NCBI RefSeq assembly: GCF_003918875.1 | Contig: NW_025767114.1 | Location: forward strand, 248,001-312,000 | Length of the DNA stretch: 64,000 nt | Direction: 5' to 3' | From: Haliotis rubra | Lineage: Eukaryota | Shown here: positions 53,241-64,000 of the stretch, one piece after another | How positions within the stretch are numbered: position 1 is the stretch's first letter | Layout: each line of letters begins with the position of its first letter | Notes under the pieces: generated by a model | Database searches by the model: none | What the model saw: only the letters and a program-made list of their open reading frames with translations | Told to the model about the DNA's origin: nothing | Made by a program: the position numbers and the translations under genes

Positions 53241-54485
53241 GGTCACTGTCATGGAAGGTGGCTACAACAATGTCTGTTATAGCACATGTGGAGAACCTGC
53301 CTCCCCACACATCAGCTGTCCACCTTGATTCCATGCTTACTCTGTGGAATGTCAGTTCAAGAAAACATCTTAATTAAAGGACAAGTAAGTACTGGATCTA
53401 GGTCAGATGTAGCAGCGTTATACAGAAGAGTGTACAAAGCAGCTTCTGAAGTCTCATTATCCACCATTCTAAACAATACGGACTGCCAACACACCTACAG
53501 AGCTTACAACGAGGTCTATGTTTGTGTTTGTGCTCAACAATAATATACCCACAGTTCTGATCAGGAAGGTCATTGCTTTAGCTGCAGGCAAACAGGGAAT
53601 AATAACTTATATCTACCGCATGGGGGCTTCAAACATAATTCCTGTTGGTGTCAAACTGGTCAGAAAGGTACTGACATTTCAGAAGTACACGGGCACACAT
53701 GCTGTTATATTTGACAGGAGTGAGAGGCCTAACACTGCATGGAACAGTATTACGACATATCACGGAGAATCATTTGGATTTGTTTGTTGTTTAACGCCAC
53801 ACTCAGCAACATTCCAACCACATGATGGCAGACACAGGGTATCAACTTGATGTGGAATGAAATCCCACTACAGTGCAGGTTTCATCGTTTGATGAACACA
53901 GGAGCAATATGGTGCTGACAAACCAAGGTTACAATTTCTAGGATTAGAACTGGACCTGTTTACCTCTACTATGCCATTGCTGTAGTTAACTAAGAATCTG
54001 TCAGCAATCTCACCTTATCCTCATAAGGCTGATGCAGCTGCCTACTTACTCCATTCAGTTGGCTACTCAAAGTCTGACTGAAATCACAACCTAATGGTAG
54101 TTTCTTTGAGGTCTTAAACATGGAAACGCCTTTGAAGGTCCAAAGTAATCACTGAAATTTTATTCAGGCTTTTCTGCTGAAAATGAAAGGACCACGAGGG
54201 TCTTAGGTCTTTATAGAAAATGCGGTTTCGAATTCAAACATCCTTATCCAAATTTCATTGACAGTTGAATGGGTCCTAATAGGAATGTCTAGCTCAAATT
54301 GTCTGACCACAAGTAAGGCTAAATCAAACGGTACTTCAACAAATGTGCAGCTGTGTTACGAATCATGCACCTTTCATTGGATGATACTGCTAAATGTATA
54401 CCATGGTATGGGCAATCTAATTGATCTGTTGTCGTCTGACAGGCTGTGTTGGTGGTGGTTGCAGTGGTTGCTGCTGGTGACTTAC

Positions 54486-54549
54486 TTGTTCATGAGATTT
54501 CCGATCCTGGCACACTCATCCTTCTCGTAGAACCAGATGCCGTAGATAT
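54486..54549 (-). CDS. DCP1: DCP1 coding exon, end of EVH1 domain
   Basis: (N)IYGIWFYEKDECARIGNLMN contains the conserved IYxIWFY motif. Acceptor ttacag, donor gtaagt, 64 nt, phase 1 to 2, fits both neighbours. Confidence 0.95.
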
Positions 54550-56059
54550 CTGTAACATGAACAACAAGTGTGTAACACACGCACCCAACACAACCAAGGC
54601 ACACTGGCTGAATTACTCACCACAATTAAAGGGGGAGTCCGCTGGGGCAAATCGGCAGACTCAGCAAGTTGTCATTCAAGTCTTTCAAGCACCACTGGCT
54701 TTGTTGGCTCTCATATCTTAAAATGGCATCCATTTTGCAGCCAAAGGTAATGCAGAAAACATGCCTTGGCATCACGCATGGCATTAATCATGTTTAGATC
54801 AAGGTAAGGTGAATGGAGAACAAGGCTGCAGAGATAACAAAATTATATCACTTGTACAGTAACGTGTAGCTGTTTGTACCTGTACATGTCTGGCCATTGT
54901 GCTTATCTTTGCGGCCAGCTAGATCTAAAGGAAGTAACCCACTCATCTCTAAAAGAGAAGATTGTCCAATCTATGACGTCATTGTAATCTCCAGAAATGA
55001 TGTCATGTCAGTTCAATGTTTTATCATGAAATAACCCACGCCTTGTTGTTCATTGTGATTTATTGCATAGCTATCAGGAACAATTACATGTATTGTTAGT
55101 AAATATTAGTAAACTTACCTCTGGATTATGATTGCCTTATTTCTGTGGATTCCACAGACACATACAGAATGGAAACAAAAAAGTTAACTAAATCATAGCT
55201 ATCCCTAGTGGTATGCTTAAAAGCTTTATGCAGTTATCTCCCTTAGCTGTGACGTCACAATGTATTTGTTGAAAACCTCTCATGATTTTTCTGAAGAATA
55301 CTGACATCTTCTGCATCTCCTCGTGGGGAGGTAGGGTGGGCACTAGATCCCATGATCCAGAGGCAAGTTTACTACTAACTACTAACAATACATGTAACTT
55401 TCCCTAATTATAGGTGTAAACATTCCCTCTGGATTATGGTTGCCAAAATCACACATAAGGAAGGAAGGTTTATGCAGATGATGAATACAGCAATACCACT
55501 AATTATCCCGTTATAGTCTATGACATAACAATTAGGATAACTATGACCTAGGTGATGAAATGTAATATATATGGATTACCTAGATCATTCCCTGGATATT
55601 CCAGTATTCAATTACCTAAAGGGAAGGATCATACTCGTGAGGGAGAAATATTTGGTGTTTGGAGAAGACGTCACTTCCGGTCCAAGACGTCATATCTGGT
55701 TCTGTAATAGTCTATTTGACTGATTCTCATTTTAACCGACATCACTTCCTGCTTGATGACATCACTTTCGGGTCATGACGTCACTTTCGGTTCATGACGT
55801 CACTTCCGGTAAGTGATCTCAAGACTTCTCGTAGATTATTTAACTGGAGTAATAAACTGCAGCGGATATAATAATTCCACTTACTGGTGATAAATATTAG
55901 TAGATAAAGTTCTTCAAAGATCCTCATCCTTCCGTTTACTGTTAACCTGTTTCCTCCCTCACAGTCCAAAATAGTGATCCACTGCTGAGTTTGGATATAT
56001 CTGCAACCCCCTCCCTCCTTCCTTTTCCCCCTCAAGGGGAAACAGGTGGAGGAGAGGTG

Positions 56060-56980
56060 CTGCACTGCCACTAGAGGTTCCATTGTCTGTAGGCTCTCGA
56101 AGGTTGGAATGACGTTTTGCAAAAGCAAATTGGTGTAGGGATTAGATATGTTCCACCGGCATCCAGCAAAATCTGATCTATGGAAATGGACCCCCAAGCT
56201 CCAATGACGACAGCCAGGCCCTGGTCTCATGCAAGGAAAACTATTGTTCACTAAGTTGGGGTCACAGTCCTGGTAAACAAAAGTGATTGTCTTCCTAAGC
56301 CAAGATGATATAATATTTAATCAAGATCTCCAAATCAACAATTGTCTTGCATGAGATAAAAAGACAGCGGCAACTACGTCTGATGTTGAGAGTATGCTGG
56401 ATATACCATCTCAGAGCTTGAACAGGTCATAGGAATCTAGTTCTGTCTGATCGAGAGGCAGAGGTAGGGAATACTTGTATCTGGTATACTCTGTGGCCGA
56501 GAGAGACCGCTAGCAGAAGCCTGATTATTGGCAAGAAAAAACTGGTAAAGCCATATCCTTGTGTAAAGGTGATTGACTAAAGTCTATTGCAAAAAATTCT
56601 GATATTCTGGAACTGGAAGTTGTAGCATTGACAAGTAGAAAACCGACCTTTTAAGGAGAAGAAATGTCAATGAAATTTCCTGCATAGGTTTGGAAGACTT
56701 CTGGAGAGACTACAGAATTAGACATAAAGCCAACTTGGGGAAGATTGTAGGACTAGGAGCTGCAAAAAAAATCTAAACTGGAATGATCTAATCGGCTTGT
56801 AGAGCAAGCTGTTAGAACCACTGCTAGTCCTTGTATATCTCAAACAGAAGCGATTGCTGATCTGTAGCCCACCATAGTACCGTGTTTCACTGTCTTAATG
56901 TCACTAAGATAAAGGAGAAATCTGCTAAGAAATCGTTGAGATAGCCCTGAATCTGAATTCCGCTCAACACAAAAAGAGGA
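56060..56980 (-). pseudogene. DIRS tyrosine recombinase remnant
   Basis: Manual minus translations, in order: KVGFLLVNATTSSSRISEF, L*PVQALRWYI, ISSWLRKTITFVY, LHETRAWLSS, CRWNISNPYTNLLLQNV. These correspond to the R...CPVxAL...HxxR...W...Y boxes. Confidence 0.8.
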
Positions 56981-57219
56981 TCAATATCATAACAATGAAA
57001 AATATCCAGAGATTGTTGAAACAATTTCCTCATTGGACTGTCCTGGAAGATTCTTATCTCCAGTCAAGAGGTGAGATGGTTCTATAGCTGCCGAATGGTC
57101 TAACACAATCATTTGAGTGTGATTGGCATCGGAAAACTGCCTGAAAAACGACGTCCAAAGACGAGTGGGCAAGCATCCCTCGTGGGCTGACATGGCCACC
57201 ATGGTATCTTGATTAATTG

Positions 57220-57610
57220 CCATATATGGTACTTGTTGGTCCCTGTCTGGCGCTCGGCATTAATGGTTACAACAAGGACTGGTTGGCTCGGAGTCAGTAT
57301 AATGTGTCTGAGTGGGGTATTCATGCTTCACTGCGGCATGGTATCTCAGTGGGCTAGCACTAGAAAACCAGCTTAAGTCTGGGCTAGTACAAGCAGCCGC
57401 ACATACACATACACATGCATGCACGTCATCATATGAGCGAAATATTCTCAAGCACGACGTTAAACCCAATGTCACCTCACCTTACCAAGTGTGTAGGTCG
57501 AAGCTCAAGTTGATCACTGGATTGTCTGGTCCAGACGTGATTAATTACAGGCCGCCGCCATAAACTGGAACATTGCTCAGTGAGGCATAAAAACTTAACT
57601 CGTTCACTCC
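57220..57610 (+). mobile_element. SINE remnants inserted in the DIRS element
   Basis: ggactggttggctcggagtcagtataatgtgtc...gctagcact resembles a widespread mollusc SINE central domain. It is followed by a family-B 3' part. Confidence 0.6.
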
Positions 57611-60600
57611 ATGGTTGATACTTGACTTCCCGGGTACTATAAAGCATCCCAACTGTGTCTGTGTTTATCCCGTGGACACCGACAGATCAACAGACTGAGT
57701 AGCCGTGGCCATAGGACGATCGCCATGGGGAACACGGTCTACATGGAAAGTTATATACACAATGAACATCGTTATAAAAAGTGCAGGGAGGACCCGTGAA
57801 GCATGAGGCACATAGAAAAAAAAAAGGGATCCAAATCAGCCAAGATTTTTTTACAGACAAACACGTGCAGACATGTGACATAAGATTTTTGGCGGGAAAA
57901 GTAGAGTTCAATAAAGTAGAAAAAACGCAAGCAATATGTACAAAATAGAGAGTGCGATGGTCAGAAACCTCAACCAATGTGACACTACTGACCGGGAGTC
58001 TTGTAGTTCTTTGAAAATTCCAAGAAAATTTGGAAAACACTTCCACTCTGTAAACACGTCTTCTGTGGTGTCCATACAGAAAAATTATGAGAGGTTTTCA
58101 ACAACTACGTTGTGACGTCACAGCTAAGGGAGATAACTGCATAACTCTTTTAAGCATACCATGAGGGATAGCTATGACTTAGTTAAAATTTTCGTTTCCA
58201 TTCTGTATGTGTCTGTGGAATCCACAGGAATAAGTCAACCATAATCCAGAGGGAATGTTTACGCCTATAATTTCACATTATACATATTTATAGCCTTAGA
58301 TGACCATCTCCGCAGAAACTGATATTATAGTGTCCCTAGGGGGAGGTAACTCTCTCAAAGGGAAAATACATTATCTCCAGTGCTATTCAGACTTGTTCAG
58401 TGTGCAACCATCATTTTATCTACAAAACACCCCCAACATTTTTCTATAATTCTACAATTTGTGCTACCGAATGTTTTCATGTTTATCGAAGTAGGATCCC
58501 ACAGACCCACATGACCCCTAGATTCAGCCAACCGTGCTGCTAATTACAGCAATAGCCGGAGCACACACCTGTAATAAGGTTTCAACACTGAAGACATACC
58601 CAGTTCCATCTACCAAATGGCTAGGTTCAACTAAAGGGCTAGGTTTCTCCAAGACGTTCACCCTGGTGCATGATCATCAGATTCCATCTCTCAGCGCCCA
58701 CATGTGACTTAATGCTGATCTGATCAAGCTAGATGATGGCAAAAGTAATCAAGAAAGCTTGGAGAGATGTAACAAAATCTAGTCAATTGAGAACCAAGTG
58801 TTCTTTGATGTTGGCTCTTGAGCTGTGGGAGTACCTGCTCAGGTAGTCTTGACAATTAAAAATTTCCTGAAATTGCTCACATACATTATCTTGGTGGGGC
58901 CATTACAGCTATGTTTATCATCTGGTTAATTCTGTAACATAACTATTTCTACATCAAACCAGAGCTTGGAGGAACAGGATGCTTAAGGACAGCTCAATCT
59001 GTACATTTTTTGATAACATTACATTGGTATGCTAATTATGGTGAGGAAGATATAGTTCTATGTCACAAGGTTAATTTTGTGGCATCTCTTACTATGACGT
59101 AACCTTTACCCGTTGCAGATCAGTTCTAGCCTTGCCACTGAGCGGAACAAGAGCTGTAAGGCACAACCTATCAACCTTTGCAGGATATTGTTTTGCTTTT
59201 TTTAATTTTCTCAAGTGTAACTTTATTTCTTCTTTATTGAGGTCACATGATACACACACCTGCTTACGAACAAGTCTCATCACTACAAATTGTGTTTTTG
59301 TGTGCAACGCCAAATAATGTGTGAAGACGATATCATTGATATCCCCAACCTTTTAACTATATTGTTAACTAACATTTGATAGAGCGCTATTCCAGCTGTG
59401 ACCTGAGAGTAAGAGACTGGGTCAGACTATCCAGTGACTCATATTAAGAAAACTATTATCCTACGTTAAATAATCAAGGAAATCCTTGAAAATTGGATGT
59501 CATATTCTGGAAATGTAGTTATACTCGACCTAAGTCAAAGTTGTTGCCTTCTAAACATAGAAAGAAAACATACAATTGTCAGATGATGGATTACAAATAT
59601 ATCTACCTACTATGTATGAGGAATTTGTTCTGAGATGTCTGCATCTTTGGGTGGTGTGAAGGAAGTGTTTTACACTGAAGATCTTTCGTTTTGCCGGGAT
59701 AAAATGGAGATGTGTTCTCCTTGATGGTCCTCATGCCACAGCTTGTATCAGTCCCCTACTGTCATTACTCTACACTGTTTGAGTGTCATTTATGTTTAAA
59801 TGATAGGCATCTGTGAGCCTGCAAATTTAACATAAGACTGCAAAAGATGCTATCTTATGATAACAGCAGCTTTTCCCATTAAGAAATTGAGCCAAGAGGA
59901 CTTGCTGCTCATCTTGAAACTGAAGTGCTTGCAAGACCACCTTGGCAGTACAGACAGAAGAAGTTATTTGATGAACATTATGACGAGTCAGTAAAGGAAC
60001 ACTAAAGCTTACCCAGGCTTTGTGTAATTACAACTTGTTCATGAAGTCTTATACAGAATCCCCATCTGTGGGATATTGTTTCACCAGGATTTTCATACAA
60101 CATGTTTGTGAAGATTGATGGGGACATTGATACAGAATCGTGTGTGGTGTGTTTGTGGAGGGTGTGTGTGTGTGGGGTGGGGGTGGGTTGGGTTGGGGTG
60201 GGGAGTTGAACATAGTTATATAACCCTCAGTCTACTGGATATTGTAAAGGTGTGTTTTACATACAACATTTGTGTGATGATTGAAGTGAAAATTGATGGT
60301 GAATGTTCTGTCTATGGGATAATGTAAAGGTTAAGTACTTGGCTTGTCATACATGTTCTTGGAGGATGATAGGAACATTCACATGAAATCATCAGTGGGT
60401 GTTATACTGTAAACATCTACAACAGTTATTTAATTCACAACATGTGAAGATGGAGTAAGAACAATCTGAAGTCAATTACAACCAGAACAAAACAGGTACA
60501 ACACCTCACTTTCATTTTACGGCTTTTCATTCCAGTAACACTGATCTAAGTGGTGTGCCATTAACAAAGGTGTGACACTTGTACATAATAACTGACACGT

Positions 60601-60641
60601 TTCTGGATCATTTTCTGAATGGCCTCCATTAACTAATGACT

Positions 60642-60797
60642 TGAGTTTGGTTTTACGCCGCTTTTAGCAATATTCCAGCAACATCACGGCGGGGCACACC
60701 AGAAATGGGCTTCACACATTGTACCCATGTGGGGATTCGAACCCGGGTCTTCGGCGTGACGAGCCAACACTTTACCCACTAGGCTACCCCACCGCCC
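60642..60797 (-). mobile_element. SINE family A, full length
   Basis: High similarity to 2067-2233 and 38895-39062. Confidence 0.92.
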
Positions 60798-61011
60798 AAT
60801 GTCACAGGAAAGAGTTGGATGTTCTTCAGCTTCTGTAGTGTATTTTCTACCTCACCAGTGCGGCACATGATCATGTGTCACATGAAGTCACATTACGAGT
60901 AAAACATTCACCTAACAGATAGACATGACATCACAGGTTGTGCCTATGAGTCGGACAAGACAACAGACAGGTCAATACTTGTCTTATGTCTAGGAATGGT
61001 CTAAACCAGAA

Positions 61012-61298
61012 TAGAGCTGTCACGATATATTGTAGTATCGATAATTGTGATACTTTATCTCACGATAAATATATCGATACTTTTTCCCATATCGTGATAT
61101 GTTTGGCTGACCTTAAAATTGTTAATTTCACAAGAAATTGACGGTTATGTCAAAATTTACACTGTTGCTTGCTATCAAAATATCCTTTTTGTAAAGAAAA
61201 TAACCAAAGATAGTATATTGTGATATGCATCAAATTGAATCGTATCGTTCCAAACTATCGCGATGTGTATCATATCATGAAATTTTCGTCACACTCTA
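61012..61298. mobile_element. hAT MITE, same family as 11151-11395
   Basis: Colinear similarity; TIRs tagagctgtcacga / tcgtcacactcta. Confidence 0.85.
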
Positions 61299-63086
61299 AA
61301 TTCCAATATGGCTGCCAGAAATAACGTCAGGGTTTAAACTGTTTATTGTATTTCCAGACCCAAACTTCATGAAACTGGTCCGATTGTATGCATTCTGCAA
61401 TAAAGTTATGTTTATAACCCCAATGATTAACTCTTTCAACACCAGTCAACCAGAGGCATTTACTGCCATGACACCGAGTTCCCAGAGACTCTGAGGTCAT
61501 AGATGAAGCCTATGTTTGTGAAGGAAATTATAAGCTTGTAAAACGTTATTGCTACTACATCCCATACACCATTTAAAAGATCTAAACCTACTGTTGATAA
61601 ATATGAAGTTTATTTTTATAATATTATTCAAATAATACAACTACAACTTAAATAAATTTATATTTGAATGAAAATGCAAGCTTACATTTGTAACGCCCAG
61701 ATAAACCACTTAAAGGAGCAAAACTATGGCATTTTTTTTCCATTTGTGACATGTCATAAGTTGCCCGTCTCTTTATATTTTCATTTTTACGTAATCAGAA
61801 AATTATTATAAAAAGATTTCTTAAACAATATGTATGGTAGCAGCCTATTTCCGATATCTGCGGCTTTCCGCCGGTAAAATGACATAACAACTGAAAATAC
61901 CTCCGCAAGCTTCAGTTATGAATAACATGCGGCAAATCGCTTTTGATGGCGGGCATCGCTCGAAAAGCTTTGAACATCAACAATATCACTGTACCCTTGC
62001 CAAGAGTATTTTCACAGTTGTAAGAAGCGATTTTATTGGATAAAGATTGGTTTCTAATGACGCTTTTCGCCACAGTCTGCTATAAGGGTTGTGATTGGTC
62101 AAAATCAGACACGCGGACCTAAGGCAGCCAATCATATTACGGCAATGGATACCCGCCCTCGTAGAACTTAAATCTTTTAGATTTGGACAAAAGTTTTGGG
62201 TAAAATAATGCTATTCTGAACATATTAAGCAAGAAATCGCTACCAATACGTAAATTATGGAACTTATTGGACGATCGCGCTAGGTTATGACCTGTGACAA
62301 AAATGCTTCATGTATGTATTTTCAAGATTAAACATCGTGGTCCGAAATGTTGAAGATTGAGGCGGCGAGAGCGAGATGTCACTTGTCAGTGACTTGACTT
62401 GCATTACATGATCGCACAAAAAGATGGAAATAGTAATTTTATATGTAAGTGCTTGACAACTTTTATGAATGCTGTTGTTGATTTTATTCATTAGTTTATT
62501 CAATTTATTTAATAATTTCCTCAAACATCGCTATTTTGCTTTTTGACAATGTTATTGTGGACCGCCGTCAAGCATGTGTCGAGAATCGTTGTTTTCAATA
62601 ATATTGCGAAAAATAGTTTATAATTTTAATTCTGCTGATAATATATGATAAATTGAAATTTAATAAGTGTTTTCAGACATTGTGAAATGTGATAGATTTG
62701 ATATATGAATCAAAAGTCAGGTAGGTTCCTAAAATTATGTCTCATTTTGACGTGATTCACTGCCTGGTCGATTAATGGCTTAAAGAGGTCAATAGATATC
62801 TCATATGATCGCAGAATATACACATATTATATTCACAAACTTCTACATCCCCTTTTGATAAGTGGGCTAATGAGTGAATGTTGCCATATGACACAATGGG
62901 CAGTATTTAGCCGTATCACAGCGGTCTGTAATTTGTCCAGTCTGGACCAGACAAACCCATGACTGAAACCAAGAATAATGACCCATGACATTGGGTAAAG
63001 TGGAACGTAATCTAAAACTCATTGAATTTTTATGAAAATAATTACCTGTAGTCTGACATTGTGTCTTGAGTAAAACAAAAACTTAC

Positions 63087-63214
63087 TTTTGGCATTTCTG
63101 TAGAGCAGGAAGGGGTCCTGGACCTGGAACTCCAAGTCCTTGGTGATTGGCTCGATGAGGTTGTTGAGACCCAGTCGATTCAGGATCATGAATCCTTGAA
63201 GCGGGGTGGCAGAC
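63087..63214 (-). CDS. DCP1: DCP1 coding exon, EVH1 domain including the NR loop (first exon visible; upstream exons are outside the window)
   Basis: Manual translation (R)SATPLQGFMILNRLGLNNLIEPITKDLEFQVQDPFLLYRNAK matches the DCP1 EVH1 signature. Acceptor tgacag, donor gtaagt, 128 nt, phase 2 to 1. Confidence 0.95.
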
Positions 63215-64000
63215 CTGTCACATAATGAAAGAGGAATAAAAAGTAGTCACACCCAGAGACTTGTCAAGCAATCTGGAACACTTGGCAGCAATGTACGCCA
63301 ACAACCGGTAATTAGTTCTGTCTGTCAGCGGAGGCACCTTGGCATGGTGAGAGAAGGAAAAGAACATGTTCGGTTGGGAATTAGCCTTGAAGTAAGACAT
63401 ATTGATGAAATAGATTCTCTGCTGAAGAATGTTGATTTATTCTAAATGTACACTTGTATTTGAGCCGAAGGTTAACAAATCAATGATGCAAGCCGTGGCA
63501 ATATTTCACAGGAAGACGGCTATCTTGATGTGTCTTACTGAAATTCTTCAATAAACTAGGCAGATGTCCTACAAGTATTGCTGAAGGATAGCCTATATGG
63601 GCTGAGACAGGATTCCATGAACCAACTGTAAATATATTTATCAAGGAAAGAATATATTAAACAGACAGGATATCTTATCCAAGAGGCCCAGTTTGGAAAC
63701 TCTGAATTGACAACATCACCCAAATCACTGATATACAACTACACACAATGCCAGTCAGGGTTATACCCTGACTTTCAAAAGTGGGGGTCCCAAGGATCCC
63801 AAAAATATTTTGTAGGATTGTTGTAGGCAATATGGATGTCTGCAAAGTAATGAGTCTGTATGTTCAGATAATTACTTTACAGCCTGGAATGAGGCAATGA
63901 TCAGTGGACACTGGTCATGACTGATGAATGAAATATTTACAGACAGCTGCTCTTAATGCACTGTGGGTACAATGAACAGTATTCTGCATCTGTTAGCACA

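Larger units (their letters stand above)
55076..58272 (-). mobile_element. DIRS-type tyrosine-recombinase retrotransposon, internally deleted
   Basis: About 175-bp inverted repeats (55119-55293 and 58078-58251). An internal complementary region at 55351-55443 matches both outer ends. YR and gag-like remnants lie inside. Confidence 0.85.

Noticed and set aside
61710-62785. CpG-richer block with CCAAT and GC boxes starting ttaaagg (internal promoter or Kolobok-like element)
   Set aside because: I could not find a matching right TIR or an associated exon, so neither call is supported.

Overview
Repeat-rich, AT-rich animal genomic DNA. The (ACTC)n-tailed tRNA-SINEs suggest a mollusc, possibly a gastropod such as abalone; this is inference and was not checked. 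The only host gene I can support is DCP1 (mRNA-decapping activator) on the minus strand. Nine coding exons run from 63214 to the stop at 17954, with GT-AG junctions and matching phases. They encode the second half of the EVH1 domain, a motif-I/HLM-like helix, a low-complexity middle and the C-terminal trimerisation domain. The first exons lie beyond 64000. One exon has an apparent 1-nt frameshift, and a probable ~5.3 kb 3'UTR ends near 12600. The gene holds about 14 unrelated minisatellite arrays (~16 kb), many SINEs and MITEs, a deleted Tc1, and a decayed DIRS tyrosine-recombinase retrotransposon with recognisable ITR/ICR architecture. The first 11 kb contain a nested transposon stack (long-TIR element, L2 end, old Tc1, near-intact DD34E Tc1, MITE) and a ~750-bp tandem array. 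There is one 244-N gap. I found no convincing new biological system. The best leads are the DIRS element, the unclassified long-TIR element, the DCP1 frameshift and a candidate alternative last exon.
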